Source: an uncultured Phycisphaerales bacterium
GTDB taxonomy: Bacteria; Planctomycetota; Phycisphaerae; Tepidisphaerales; Tepidisphaeraceae
Assembly: GCA_963792535.1 (NCBI GenBank)
Contig: CAWBWQ010000001.1
Span: forward strand, 384,001-448,000
DNA length: 64,000 nucleotides
Direction of reading: 5' to 3'
Shown here: in pieces, positions 43,633 to 55,240 of the stretch
How positions within the stretch are numbered: position 1 is the stretch's first letter
How the letters are laid out: each line of letters opens with the position of its first letter
The notes under the pieces: generated by a model
The model's input: the letters and a program-made list of their open reading frames with translations, nothing else
Told to the model about the DNA's origin: nothing
The model's database searches: none
Program-made: the position numbers and the translations under genes

Positions 43633-45057
43633 ATGGCCGAGAACGACGAGACCACCACCAGTGACGAGACGACCACCGCTTTAGCCACTCACTCCGAAGG
43701 AGGGGTTGCTGTCGCCGAAGGTGAAGACACATTTCAATACCCTGTCACCATTGAAGATGCGGGCCCGGCGACCAAAAAGGTTTCGATCGAGATCCCCGAG
43801 GATCGCATTAAGACCGAACTGACCAAGCAGCTCAAAGAACTCCGCCGCGAGGCAAATATCCCGGGGTTCCGCGTCGGGCATGCTCCGGCGAAGCTGATTG
43901 AAAAGCGTTTCGGCGGTGAGATCAAGGAACAGGTGCGTCGCACGCTCATCAGCGAGAGCTATCAGCAGGCCGTTGAGAAAAACAACCTGCAGGTGCTCGG
44001 CGACCCGCAATTTGATGTGTCGGCAAATATCGGTTTGCCCGAATCGGGCCCGCTCAGTTTCAATTTTGAAGTGGAAGTTCAGCCTGATATCACGCTTCCG
44101 AGCCTGATCGGCATTCCGGTGAAGAAGCCCAAAATTGAAATCAAGGAGGAGAACGTCGATCAAGCCATGAACAACCTGCGCGAGCAGCAGGGCGCGCTGG
44201 TTCCGGTCGAAGAGCGTGGCGTGGAATCCAAAGATTACATTACCGCTGACGTGCATCTTAAAGTGGACGGCAATATTGTCGCTCATCAACACGATGCCCA
44301 GCTCGTCGCCCGTGCGGCCCGAATCGGTGGGATCGATGTGCCCGATTTCGAGCAGCAGATTGCCGGGGCTAAGCCCGGCGAAACCCGCACCTTAAACGTG
44401 AAGGGGCCGGAAAATCACCCCAACGATGCGGTTAAAGGCAAAGACGTGGTAATGGAAATTGCCGTCAAAGACATCAAGCGTATGGAGTTGGCTGAGATTA
44501 CGCCTGAGTTCCTGGAAGACCTGGGATTTGTCAGCGAGCAGGAAATTCGCGATGCGCTGCGCGAGCAGATGGTCGAGCGCATCAGTTACGATATTGCCCA
44601 GGCTCAGCGCGAGCAGGTCAGCAAATATCTGCTGGATAACACTGCACTTGCGTTGCCCGCAAAATTGTCGATGAAGCAGGTGGATCGCGTCGTTCAGCGC
44701 AAGGCGATCGACCTGCTGATGCGCGGTATTCCTCAACCACAGGTCGAAGCACAGCTGGAACAGCTTCGCTACGGCGCTCAGGAAGAGGCAGCGAGTGAAT
44801 TGAAGCTTTTCTTCATCCTCCAGAAAATTGCCACCGATCAGGGAACCGATGTGGACGAAGCCGAACTGAATGGCCGCATCGCATTGCTCGCCGCCCAGCG
44901 CGGTGAACGGCCCGAGAAGGTCAAGCAGGAGATGGCCAAAGACGGCGGGCTTGCCAGTCTGTATATCCAGATGCGCGAACAAAAGGCTTTGGATCAGATT
45001 TTAGAGTCAGCCCAGGTTGAAGAGGTCGAAGTTCCGCAACCGGCAGCGTCCGCGTAA
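43633..45057 (+). CDS. tig: trigger factor
   Basis: IPGFRVGHAP ribosome-binding motif, FKBP-like middle, C-terminal domain. Confidence 0.93.
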   Translation: MAENDETTTSDETTTALATHSEGGVAVAEGEDTFQYPVTIEDAGPATKKVSIEIPEDRIKTELTKQLKELRREANIPGFRVGHAPAKLIEKRFGGEIKEQVRRTLISESYQQAVEKNNLQVLGDPQFDVSANIGLPESGPLSFNFEVEVQPDITLPSLIGIPVKKPKIEIKEENVDQAMNNLREQQGALVPVEERGVESKDYITADVHLKVDGNIVAHQHDAQLVARAARIGGIDVPDFEQQIAGAKPGETRTLNVKGPENHPNDAVKGKDVVMEIAVKDIKRMELAEITPEFLEDLGFVSEQEIRDALREQMVERISYDIAQAQREQVSKYLLDNTALALPAKLSMKQVDRVVQRKAIDLLMRGIPQPQVEAQLEQLRYGAQEEAASELKLFFILQKIATDQGTDVDEAELNGRIALLAAQRGERPEKVKQEMAKDGGLASLYIQMREQKALDQILESAQVEEVEVPQPAASA

Positions 45058-45079
45058 GAATCTTCGACTGATTTTGATT

Positions 45080-45183
45080 GGGCAAACGTTCGACGTCCAG
45101 CGCTCAACATTCAACATTCAAATACGGAAGCTTTTCTTCCCTTGAAAGTTGAACGTTGAAAGTTGAGTGTTGAACGTTTGCCC
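45080..45183. repeat. inverted array of degenerate heptamers (TCAACAT/TTGAA.G)
   Basis: GGGCAAACGTTC...GAACGTTTGCCC arms with 7-nt periodicity. Confidence 0.7.
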
Positions 45184-45205
45184 AGATTTGTTTAGTGAGT
45201 TGTCC

Positions 45206-46474
45206 ATGTCCACTCCCAAGATCCAGGCCCCTAAGGGCACGCAGGATATTCTCCCCGCCAGCGCTTGGCAGTGGCAGGGGGTCGAGTCGATCGCCCGTGC
45301 CGTAGCGGGGCTTTACGGATTCAAAGAAATCCGCACCCCTATTTTTGAACACACCGAGTTATTTCACCGCGGCGTCGGTGAAACATCCGACATCGTCAGC
45401 AAAGAAACCTATACCTTCGACGACCGCGGCGGTCGCTCGCTGACCCTGCGGCCAGAAGGCACCGCCGGTGTGGTGCGGGCCATGATCGAGCACAGCGTGC
45501 TGGCCGATCAGGGAGCGCGGGCAAAGGTTTTTTATCTCGGTCCGAATTTTCGCTATGAACGTCCGCAGAAAGGGCGCTACACACAGCATCACCAGTTCGG
45601 GGCCGAGGCATTTGGTATTGCCCAGCCGGAGCAGGACGTGGAATGCATCCTGCTGCAGACTGATTTCTACCGTCGCTGCGGTGTGAAGGATCTGGAACTG
45701 AAAATTAACAGCCTCGGCGATCGTGAAAGCAAGCTGCGCTATCGCGATGCGCTGGCGGCCTTCCTTCGCCCGCGCGCCTCAGCGCTCAGCGAAGAATCGC
45801 AGCGCCGGCTGGAAACAAATCCGCTTCGGATTCTGGACAGCAAAGACCCGCGCGACCAGGAGGCCTGCAAAAGCGCTCCACCGGCGATTGAGGCGCTGTC
45901 GGAAAAAAGCCGTAAGCATTTCGATCGCGTTCGTGAGTTGCTGGCGTCTTCAACGATTGCATTCAGGGAAGATCCGACACTGGTGCGCGGTTTTGATTAC
46001 TACACTGAAACGCTGTGGGAAGTAACTGCCGGTGGACTCGGGTCGCAGAATGCCATCGGCGGCGGTGGGCGATATGATAATCTCGTTGAACACCTTGGCG
46101 GTCGCCCGACCCCCGGCGTGGGCTTTGGCAGCGGGTTGGAACGACTGCTGATTGCCCTCGAAGCGCAGGGCGTTCAACTTCCAGATCATCGCAAGCCGTT
46201 GGCGTGGATCGTGGCGCAGAATGAACCGGCAAAAGCCGTCGCATGGCGATTGCTTTCAGAACTGCGCAAGGCCAATATCTGCGCCGAGATGGACCTTGGC
46301 GATCGAAACATGAAAGGCCAGTTCAAACTGGCCGACCGTGAGGGGGCCAGGTGGTGCATCGTGCTGGGGGAAACCGAACTGGCAAATCAGACCGCCGCGC
46401 TGAAGGACATGAATAGCGGTGAGCAGGTGACACTGCCCTTGGCTGAATTAGCGGTTCGATTGGCATCCCACTAG
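45206..46474 (+). CDS. hisS: histidyl-tRNA synthetase
   Basis: PKGTQD, LRPEGTA, FRYERPQKGR, LVRGFDYY, GGGRYD. Confidence 0.96.
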   Translation: MSTPKIQAPKGTQDILPASAWQWQGVESIARAVAGLYGFKEIRTPIFEHTELFHRGVGETSDIVSKETYTFDDRGGRSLTLRPEGTAGVVRAMIEHSVLADQGARAKVFYLGPNFRYERPQKGRYTQHHQFGAEAFGIAQPEQDVECILLQTDFYRRCGVKDLELKINSLGDRESKLRYRDALAAFLRPRASALSEESQRRLETNPLRILDSKDPRDQEACKSAPPAIEALSEKSRKHFDRVRELLASSTIAFREDPTLVRGFDYYTETLWEVTAGGLGSQNAIGGGGRYDNLVEHLGGRPTPGVGFGSGLERLLIALEAQGVQLPDHRKPLAWIVAQNEPAKAVAWRLLSELRKANICAEMDLGDRNMKGQFKLADREGARWCIVLGETELANQTAALKDMNSGEQVTLPLAELAVRLASH

Positions 46475-46641
46475 ATTGCGAATCGCATTCCGTCCGGTCG
46501 TTTTGCGAATGCACAGAAGCAGATTCGTAGATGCAAAACAGCTGATGCCTCCCCGATTTCTGCACCGCAGGACCCGCGCAGCCAATGCCGCCTGACATTG
46601 AATTTTTACCCGATTGACCATCGCGTGAAGGATCACGACCG

Positions 46642-47323
46642 ATGTCCACGCCGTCCCCACTGAACTACGCGCCTGCGCCCGCCGACGAACTACCGGCGTG
46701 TCGTCCGGCAGATCATGATGAACGTGTTCCTGCTGGCGTTTGTCAGTTTGTCAGTCTGGTGCGCACCGGCAGCGTGGAATCGAATACGAGTTCTCTACTG
46801 GCAGGGCAGATGCCTGACCTATTCTCCGCCGATTGGGCAGATTGCAATTCAGGCCGCGAACGCTTCGTCTCGTTCTCCATCTCCCATGGTTCATTTTCAT
46901 CCAGAACCATGGTTGAAATTTTATAACCTATATTCTCCGCCCGGCGCGGCGAGTGATGGCACGGTATTCCTGCACGAAATGCGGAAGCCCAACGGAGATA
47001 CACGCCTGGTCGCGGTTGATGTGCTGATCGGTAAAACTACGATCGACCCTTTGTGCGCCTCGTCAACCCGCGTATTCAAACCCGCCACGCTGTTCCATCC
47101 GCCAGAGGAGACAAACTCGCATTACAACGAGCAGACTTTTCAGTTCCCTCTGCGCGGGCATGGCAACTGTCAGGTTTATTTCGGTGCTGTCGATCCATCA
47201 GAACCCACTCACTTTACGATTCGCGCGATCGTGGACAACCAACCGGTTTTCTATGACGGTTGGCTACAGAACGACGAAAGCGTGATCTACTCCGAGAGAA
47301 AATCCCGGGCTGACGAAAAATAG
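46642..47323 (+). CDS. hypothetical membrane-anchored protein (frameshift near 46690)
   Basis: MSTPSPLNYAP start, TM and soluble domain in the next frame. Confidence 0.5.
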
Positions 47324-47360
47324 TCGCGGGCTGACCTCCGCCGTCCGTGCGCCACGGGGC

Positions 47361-49271
47361 TTAATCGCGCACAGCATCGAGCAGTGCCTGGCCGTATGCC
47401 TGCACTTTATACGCGCCCATCCCCTTGATTCGCTGCAGCGATTCCATATCAGACGGCGGGGTCATGGCAATCTGCTTCAGCACACTGTCGTGGCAGATCA
47501 CATAAGGGGGAAGACCTTTTTGCCGCGCCAGGTTCAAGCGAACAGAGCGCAGCTTCGCGAACCGCTCCGAGGCCTCGGGGTCGGCCTGGAAATCATCATC
47601 GCCACCGGAAGACTGCCGACGCGAATCGCGACGGTCAGGGCTCAAAGTTTCGCGGGTACGTCGCGTCGGTGTGATGTCGAACAGGCTCGCAGGCGGGGGG
47701 ACTTCCCCTTTCATGACCGATACACCCGCGGCGGTGAGTTCCATCACAGGACGGAATTTAACGCCTTCAGGATCGCGCTGCCGGGCGAGCCCGGATTCCA
47801 TGAGTCGATGCAGCATCGCGATGATTCTCTTGCTGCCGAACGATTTCAGGATGCCAAAAACGCTCAGCGATGCGAAACGCTGGGTGCGCTCGGTTTCAGC
47901 CCCGGCTAACACATCGGCGACAACGCCGACGCCGAATTTACGGTTCAAACGCGCGATGGCAGAGAGCAATTGGCGGACGACGGTGGTTGTTTCGTCGCTG
48001 ACGATCGGCCCCGTGGTCTTGACCATTTCACCGCCGTGGGCGCGGCGGCATATGTCGCAGTTGCAGCCGTCGACCTCGGCGTCGTCGCCGAAGTAATCCA
48101 GGATCATCCGCCGACGGCAATTGTGCGTCGAGGCGTAGCGGATGATTCTTTCCAGCTTTTCGCGAGCGTGGGATTTCAATTTTTCGATGGCGGTGAAATC
48201 CGCGTCGGGGTGATCCCTGCCTATGCGGTCGATGAAGAATTCCTGGGTAAATCGGTCCTGGTAGCTGAAGAGCATGACGCACCGGGCAGGGAGTCCGTCG
48301 CGACCGGCGCGGCCGGCTTCCTGGTAATAGGCTTCGAGGGTGCCGGGCACGTTATTGTGAATCACCAGGCGAATATCGGGTTTGTTTATTCCCATACCAA
48401 ATGCATTGGTCGCGACCGCGATCGCTCCGGCGGTCTCCATGAACTTCTCCTGATTTTCTGTTCGCGCCGCGGCGTCCATGCCGGCGTGATATGAGAAAAC
48501 AGGCCTCCCTTTGAGGCGCTCGGAGAGCAGGGCGGCGACCTCGTCCACCGACTTGCGGGTGGCGCAGTAAACAATCCCGCTGCCGGTTTCATTGCTCCAG
48601 AGGGAAATAAGCTCGGCGGATTTCTCGGCGACCTTTGCGACGCGCCGCGATTCATAGGCGAGGTTCGGTCGATCGAATCCCGTGATAACGATCGAAGGAT
48701 CGATCAATCCCATTCGCTGCACGATGTCTTCGCGCACATCGTGGGTGGCGGTGGCGGTGAGGGTGATCGTCGGTGGTTCCCCAAGCAGGCGGCGAACCTC
48801 GCCCAGGCGCGCGTATTCAGGCCGGAAATCGTGTCCCCATTGGCTGATGCAGTGCGCTTCGTCGATCGCGAGCAGCCGCGGACGAAGCTGATCCAGCGTG
48901 GACCTGAAATTTGGCGCAAAGCATCGCTCGGGAGCGAGGTAGAGCAGGCCATTAAAGCCCTGGTTGAGCTGTGCGAGAACGCCGCGTTGCTGGGCTGCAT
49001 TCAGCGAGCTGTTGAGCAGCAGGGCGGGGATGCCCGACTCGGTCAGCTGCTGCACCTGGTCTTCCATCAGCGATATCAGCGGTGAGACCACGACGGTTAA
49101 ACCGTCGAGCATGGCGGCGGGGAGTTGATAGCAGAGGCTTTTTCCCGCGCCGGTTGGCATCACGCACATGACATCGCGACCGCGCAGAACATCTTCTATT
49201 ACTTCACGCTGGCGGGGGCGGAACTCGTCGAGCCCGAAGATGTTTTGCAGCTGCTCCCGCAGGTCCGGCAT
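47361..49271 (-). CDS. recQ: ATP-dependent DNA helicase RecQ
   Basis: MPTGAGKSLCYQ, DEAHCISQWGHDFRP, QEAGRAGRDG, Zn-binding CRR..CDIC, RQC and HRDC domains. Confidence 0.95.
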   Translation of the reverse strand: MPDLREQLQNIFGLDEFRPRQREVIEDVLRGRDVMCVMPTGAGKSLCYQLPAAMLDGLTVVVSPLISLMEDQVQQLTESGIPALLLNSSLNAAQQRGVLAQLNQGFNGLLYLAPERCFAPNFRSTLDQLRPRLLAIDEAHCISQWGHDFRPEYARLGEVRRLLGEPPTITLTATATHDVREDIVQRMGLIDPSIVITGFDRPNLAYESRRVAKVAEKSAELISLWSNETGSGIVYCATRKSVDEVAALLSERLKGRPVFSYHAGMDAAARTENQEKFMETAGAIAVATNAFGMGINKPDIRLVIHNNVPGTLEAYYQEAGRAGRDGLPARCVMLFSYQDRFTQEFFIDRIGRDHPDADFTAIEKLKSHAREKLERIIRYASTHNCRRRMILDYFGDDAEVDGCNCDICRRAHGGEMVKTTGPIVSDETTTVVRQLLSAIARLNRKFGVGVVADVLAGAETERTQRFASLSVFGILKSFGSKRIIAMLHRLMESGLARQRDPEGVKFRPVMELTAAGVSVMKGEVPPPASLFDITPTRRTRETLSPDRRDSRRQSSGGDDDFQADPEASERFAKLRSVRLNLARQKGLPPYVICHDSVLKQIAMTPPSDMESLQRIKGMGAYKVQAYGQALLDAVRD

Positions 49272-49338
49272 GATGAGACAATTGTAGCGTCGCCGGGGGA
49301 ATTAGACATCGACGCGGCGCTCAAAGTCTCGCGCGGCA

Positions 49339-49635
49339 TCAGCCTCCGGCGATAGCGCCGACGATATAAAGAGGCTCTTTTCCTGCAGCAACTGCTAACG
49401 GCAACGCGTGGTCCAGAGGGTCATTGGAAATATCTTCGGAGCAGGTGAAAAACCGCACCAGGGGTCGACGCCGGCCGGTGGTGTAATCGCGCAGCGTGCC
49501 TCTGAGAGCAGGATGTTGCGACTCGAGCGCGTCCAGAATGGATGCGACCGTGATGGGCGCATGCACTTCCAACTGCAACTCGCGCGGAACGCCGGCCAGC
49601 ACCTGCAGATGTTGGGGAAGAATGACGCGGATCAT
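49339..49635 (-). CDS. MoaD/ThiS ubiquitin-like protein
   Basis: C-terminal AIAGG; ATG overlaps upstream TGA. Confidence 0.85.
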   Translation of the reverse strand: MIRVILPQHLQVLAGVPRELQLEVHAPITVASILDALESQHPALRGTLRDYTTGRRRPLVRFFTCSEDISNDPLDHALPLAVAAGKEPLYIVGAIAGG

Positions 49636-50747
49636 TTCAGTGTCTGCACTTCCACTGAAACAACAGCCGGAAGATCGCGCACGATGGCGTTCCAGTTGTC
49701 GCCGGCATCGGACGAGCAATAGACCTGCCCGCCTGTGGTGCCGAAATAAACACCGCAGGAATCGAGAGAATCAACCGCCATCGCGTCACGCAGCACATTC
49801 ACATAGCAGTCGCTTTGCGGCAACCCTTTTGTGAGGGCCTCCCACTCATTACCGCCGCAGCGGCTGCGGTATACGCGCAACTTTCCCTCCGGGGGGTAAT
49901 GCTCGGAGTCGCTTTTGATGGGAACGACAAAAACGGTTTCCGGCTCGTTGGTGTGAACATCGACGACGAACCCGAAATCGCTGGGCAGATTGCCGCTGAT
50001 TTCATGCCAGTTGTCACCGGCGTCGTCGCTGCGCATCACATCCCAATGCTTCTGCATAAAAAGCACGTCGGGTCGCGATGCGTGTTGTGCCAGACGATGC
50101 ACACAATGGCCTACTTCGGCATTCTCCTCAGGAATATATTGCGAACGAAGACCGCGATTGATCGGCTTCCAGGTAGCGCCGGCGTCATCGGTCCGGAACG
50201 CGCCGGCGGCGGATATCGCAATGAAGATACGCTGCGGGTTCAGCGGATCCAGCAGAATCGTGTGCAGGCACATTCCCCCTGCGCCGGGCTGCCATTTGGG
50301 CCCGGTGCCGTGCCCGCGGAGCCCGGCGAGTTCCTGCCAGGTGTTGCCCGCGTCTATGGATTTGAACAACGCAGCGTCCTCTGCGCCGGCGTAAACGATA
50401 TCGGGATCCGTCAGTGAAGGTTCAAAATGCCAGATGCGTTTAAATTCCCAGGGATGTGCCGTGCCGTCGTACCACATATGTGTGCCGGGCGCACCTTCAT
50501 AGAGAAATTTATTGCCGACCGGCGACCAGGTTTTTCCACCATCGTTGGATCGCTGCACCTGCTGCCCGAACCAGCCGCTGGATTGCGAAGCATAGATGCG
50601 GTTTGGATCGACGGGTGAGCCTTTGAGATGATAGATTTCCCAGCCACCAAAATGCGGACCGGCGACGGCCCATTTCTCACGTTTGGCGTCGGATGTAAGT
50701 ATAAACGCGCCCTTGCGTGTCCCGACCAGAACTCGAACCTGACTCAT
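49632..50747 (-). CDS. BNR/Asp-box beta-propeller protein (sialidase-like)
   Basis: repeated SxDxGxTW Asp-boxes, LVGTRKG N-terminus. Confidence 0.85.
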   Translation of the reverse strand: MSQVRVLVGTRKGAFILTSDAKREKWAVAGPHFGGWEIYHLKGSPVDPNRIYASQSSGWFGQQVQRSNDGGKTWSPVGNKFLYEGAPGTHMWYDGTAHPWEFKRIWHFEPSLTDPDIVYAGAEDAALFKSIDAGNTWQELAGLRGHGTGPKWQPGAGGMCLHTILLDPLNPQRIFIAISAAGAFRTDDAGATWKPINRGLRSQYIPEENAEVGHCVHRLAQHASRPDVLFMQKHWDVMRSDDAGDNWHEISGNLPSDFGFVVDVHTNEPETVFVVPIKSDSEHYPPEGKLRVYRSRCGGNEWEALTKGLPQSDCYVNVLRDAMAVDSLDSCGVYFGTTGGQVYCSSDAGDNWNAIVRDLPAVVSVEVQTLK

Positions 50748-50792
50748 GAATCACTCCCTTTTAAGATCTCACACGATGTGGCCAACGAACAT

Positions 50793-53281
50793 CTATTTTA
50801 TCTCGACGGATGCCCTCGCACTGCTGTCGCGACTCGATTGGCCAATCGAAACTTCGTAAGTTCCCGGCACCACTTTCCAACTGTGCGATGCAACGTCCCA
50901 ATGTGCAAATGACCGCTCATCGAGCGATAGCGTGATCGATTTCGTTTCACCGGGTTTCAGGTTTACGCGGGCAAAACTTTTGAGTTCCTGAGGGGGTCGA
51001 TCGATCGTCTCATCTGCTGGTGGTCGAACATACAGCTGCGCGACGGTTGCGCCTTGCGCGCCCCGGTGTTGGTCGCGTCGAAAGTTGCGGTGTAATTGTC
51101 GTCTCCTTCAGCCGGCGTAAGCTTGAGATTCTTCAATTCGAAAGCTGTATACGACAAGCCGAAACCAAACGGAAAGCGCGGTTCGATATTCTTTTTATCG
51201 TACCAGCGATAACCCATGTAAATCCCCTCGGCATAGTTGACCTGCGCGTCGCCGGGATAGTTTCCAAAGGCCGGAGAGTCGGGCCAGGCTTTCTCGAAGG
51301 TATCAGGAAGATGTCCGCTGGGGTTGGTATCACCGAATAGGATTTCGGCGATGGCCGTTCCACCGGCCTGACCGGGAAACCAGGCGTCGAGCAGCGCAGG
51401 GACCCGGTCGATCCATTGCTGCATGCCCACGTTACCGCCGGCTTCCAGCACGACGATGACCCGCGGATTAATGGCGGCCGTCTTATTGATCAGATCCAGC
51501 TGGTTAGGGTCCAGGTCGTAGGGACGATCGGCACCTTCGGTCTCATTCGTGTGTACGGCCACGATGGCGGCATCAGCGCCGGCAATCGCTTCACGCTGTT
51601 CGTCGGTTAACGCCGGTTGCGTGACAAAATATCCGAACTGGATGCGTGGCTCGTTTGTCCGATGGTAATACTCAATCTCCAACTGATAGGAACGACCCGC
51701 TTGCAGCGTCGCATTTGCGGTGGCGGTGTGTGGCGGTTGGTCGCGCCAGTTGTCGATGATTACTTTTCCATCGAGCAGCACGCGCGATCCATCGCTGCTT
51801 CGAATCATGAAAGTATTTTCGCCGGTTGTGGTGGGCCGGATGGTTGCCGTCCAGCGGGCTGAAAATGGGTGCCGGGTAATCTGCGCGGCCTGCGGCTTCC
51901 AGTTGAAATCGATCGCGGGAACATCCGGCTGCCGCGCCGCGGGGTCTTTGAGTTCAGTATCAGTATAGAAATCAGCTGTCAGACCCGGCTTTCCACTGGC
52001 GAGTGGTTCGTATACTGAAGCCCTGGCCAACTCGCCGATTCTTCGATCGCTTCGATCATGAAAAGGGATGGTGGTGATCTGCACGTTTTTCGCCAGGGCG
52101 GTGAGACCGGCAAGGATTGTGACAGGACGCGCGGGTTTGGTGAAGGAACTCCCGCCGCCGGCGACATATGCATCAGCGCCAGCGCCTAACAAAACAAGCT
52201 TGTGAACTTTCGTTCGGTCCAGGGGAAGCAGATTCCCCTGGTTTTTCAGCAGCACGATTCCCTCGCGGGCGACGGCAAGGGCGGTGGCGTCATTTGCCGG
52301 GTCATCGCGCGCGATGGTCTTATCAATCTGCGGGCGATCCAGCCAGCCCATCTCCGCCTCCACGCGGAGAATGTGCTTTACCTTTTCATCGATATCCGCC
52401 TGCGTGATTTTTCCGGCGTCGAGCAGCGGTTGGAGTGTCTGCGAATTGAAATACGCTTTGTCAGGCATTTCCAGATCGAGCCCGGCGGTCATGGGCCCCA
52501 GGGTATCGTCCACCGCGCCCCAATCCGACATGACAAATCCATCAAATCCCCATTCCTTGCGAAGCACGTCTGTCAGTAGATAGTGGCTTGCGGTCGCGTA
52601 GCTGCCGTTGATGCGGTTGTATGACGCCATGATCGAGCGAACATGTGCAATTTTCACCGCGGCTTCAAAGGCCGGCAGGTAAATTTCGTGCAGCGTGCGT
52701 TCATCCACTCGCACATCGACCAGATGCCGTTTGATTTCCTGATTGTTGCAGGCGAAGTGCTTGATGCAGGCGGCAACGCCTTGCGATTGCACGCCCTGGA
52801 TATAGCCCACCGCAATTCGCCCGGCCAGATACGGATCTTCTCCCAGATACTCAAAATTCCGCCCATTTTGTGGCTGGCGATAGATGTTTACGCCCGGTCC
52901 GAGCAGGATATGATCGCCGCGCGATCGCGCATCGCGTCCCAGTGCCACACCTTCGCGTTCGGCGATATCGGGGTCCCATGTTGAAGCCAGCAAAACGCCA
53001 GCCGGGTATGCGGTGGACGCGCCATCGTTTCGCGTGCCGACAGGACCATCCGTAAATTTGGTGCGCGGAATCTTCAGGCGATCTACCGCACCGGTGTAGA
53101 ACCCGTCATAGCCGTGCAGCAAGCCGATTTTCTCTTCCTGATTCAGCTGAGACACAAGCTGATCAACCCTCAGCTCGACTGGCGATTGCGCGACCGCGAA
53201 CCTGTTTCCCATGAGCCCCGCGGCGACGCAAAAGACGGCGAAGCGCAAAAAAAACTTTCTCCCGCAAGTCGGTTGGTTCAT
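50793..53281 (-). CDS. GH3 beta-glucosidase with PA14 and fn3-like domains (frameshift near 51055)
   Basis: TDGPVG, GRNFEY.GEDP, KHF, VMSDW, YAEGIYMGYRWY, FPFGFGLSY. Confidence 0.92.
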
Positions 53282-53371
53282 GGTGATGACAGCATAAGGG
53301 CGGCTTGGTAGACGTCCAAGCAACGGCATGACGAACGAAGCGTGGATGCGCCTGTTTCGCGTAGATGAAAA

Positions 53372-53442
53372 TACCCGCGACAGGATTCGAACCTGTGACC
53401 TCCGGTTTAGGAAACCAGCGCTATCCAACTGAGCTACGCGGC
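53372..53442 (-). tRNA. tRNA-Arg(CCT), reconstituted at island end; two small deletions in its 5' half
   Basis: anticodon arm CTGGT-TTCCTAA-ACCGG, T-arm GGTTCGAATCC; GCCGCG vs GCCCGCG and ATAGC vs ATAGAGC relative to 59345-59384. Confidence 0.85.
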
Positions 53443-53889
53443 GCAAACGCATAATTATTCATACCTATAGCGATTTTATAGGTCGCCGAAAACAGGGTCG
53501 ATTCCGAGTCAACTACGAAATCTGCTCGCAAACGGGATTTCGGCCGTGCACAATTCGTGGTTGAAGTCTGAATGATCCTAGTTGAACGAAGGAATCACCA
53601 CGTCGCACATAATGTATCCAGCCGATGTCGTTGCGGCAATTGACAACCAGTCGAAACGTCGATCACCAAATCAACCCAAACCGAAGGCAATGGAACTGAC
53701 TCAACACAAGGGTCTGTATCGAATCAGCAAAGGGAGTGAAACGAAGCTGGATAAGTTCAACGAACTGGTTGTGTCTGAAACACCAGAAGCTGACTGACTG
53801 AAGAAACTATATAGAAACTGACTTACCCGTTAAGGGGCGCGGCGCAATCGCAAACCTTAGCGGGTCTTTCGTTTTATAAGGTTCACGCA

Positions 53890-54153
53890 ATGAAGGTATC
53901 ACTACAGAAGCAGCGGCTGGATTCGCAACGCGATGTCGATACGAAGCATCCACATTTATTCGAAGATGCACTGAACCGTATGTTTATTCAGGTTCCATCC
54001 CTTGAAACGCAGGCAAACACGGGCAAGGTCGCGAAGGAATGGCAAGACGCAATTGACGCTGTACCAGATATGTTCTTCGACGTTGGACTAGAAGCGGCGA
54101 AAAGGCAGTTTGACAGAGATAGGGCAGATGTACCCAACCCCGCCAAGAAGTGA
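53890..54153 (+). CDS. hypothetical protein (island)
   Basis: ATG ORF with AAGG upstream; island-type codon usage. Confidence 0.5.
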   Translation: MKVSLQKQRLDSQRDVDTKHPHLFEDALNRMFIQVPSLETQANTGKVAKEWQDAIDAVPDMFFDVGLEAAKRQFDRDRADVPNPAKK

Positions 54154-54225
54154 TCGGAAAGCCAGCGGTAAGAAATAGCGGTACGGTGGCTGTTCGGGTC
54201 GGGTGGTCTGCGATAGAATGCTGCG

Positions 54226-54759
54226 ATGGAAAAAGCAGTTCCAATTCCGTTCGGTGCAACGTTCGTTGTCCCAGAAGGCGAACAGTCGAAGTTCAAGCTT
54301 CAGAACATGGTTTTTGCCAAAGAAGACAGCCAAGCGTTGTTCAAGGTCTTCTTGCAGTCTCTGAATCCCGAGACGCTTGGATTCAAAATCGTTGCAGGTA
54401 GTCAAAACATCTCAATCACTGTCTTCTTCCGCTGGGCCGGAAAGACGGCTGGCACGGTGGTCTGGGCACACGGCGGCAATGATGACCAGCCGAAGCACAT
54501 TCATGGCGTATCTGCGTTGCTCGGAAAAAAGAACGCGCAGGATGACGCGAAAGCTATTGCAGACGCAAAGGACGTTAAAGCCGTTCACCGAATCAAACAA
54601 GACCAGTTCGATACGATAGCGGCTTCAGTGACTTCTCGGGGCGTGGCGACCTTCTTCGCTGACGTGAATAGCGCAAATTATGCTCCATTGATCACGTTTA
54701 TCGAAACCTTTGCGGCTGCATTTTTCCATCACCTGTCTACACGTCAGCTTCTCAACTGA
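54226..54759 (+). CDS. hypothetical protein (island)
   Basis: 177-aa ORF co-oriented with neighbours. Confidence 0.6.
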   Translation: MEKAVPIPFGATFVVPEGEQSKFKLQNMVFAKEDSQALFKVFLQSLNPETLGFKIVAGSQNISITVFFRWAGKTAGTVVWAHGGNDDQPKHIHGVSALLGKKNAQDDAKAIADAKDVKAVHRIKQDQFDTIAASVTSRGVATFFADVNSANYAPLITFIETFAAAFFHHLSTRQLLN

Positions 54760-54768
54760 AAGACAACG

Positions 54769-55194
54769 ATGACTATTCAGATCAGTAAAGATGAAATGCG
54801 GCTTCTGGCATATCTTCACGAGCACGCGCAGGGATTTGACGATCGCTTTGCGTTTCATCCAGCGAAGATCGCAACTGATTTAGGAATTACGAAGCCGCAG
54901 CTTCAGCGTGATTCTTCTTTTCTGTCGTCGCACGGTCTGACAGGCGTTCGTTCTCTGAACATGACGACCTTCAATGCTGTCACGCATTCGCTGTCTGATA
55001 TCTGGTTAACTGGTCATGGTGAAAATCTGATGCGAACACTTGAAAACCAGATGGAAGAGCAGCTTCTGAATTACACTGAAGAACCGTCAGCAGCCGGTCG
55101 AATCACGCTGAAGGTCATGTCGTTTCTGTGGGACAAGTCACAGGACATTGTCGTCGGCATAGTGTCCCAGTACATCGGAAACCATATATCGTGA
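54769..55194 (+). CDS. winged-helix-like hypothetical protein (island)
   Basis: LLAYL..KIATDLGITKPQL..L..HGL..WLT..GE wHTH pattern. Confidence 0.6.
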   Translation: MTIQISKDEMRLLAYLHEHAQGFDDRFAFHPAKIATDLGITKPQLQRDSSFLSSHGLTGVRSLNMTTFNAVTHSLSDIWLTGHGENLMRTLENQMEEQLLNYTEEPSAAGRITLKVMSFLWDKSQDIVVGIVSQYIGNHIS

Positions 55195-55240
55195 TCAATA
55201 AAGCTGGTGATGTTGATCCGGTTGCGAAGGGAATCACAAT

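Noticed and set aside
53282..53452. N-terminal extension of the GH3 ORF
   Set aside because: Overlaps the tRNA; a signal-peptide start exists at 53281
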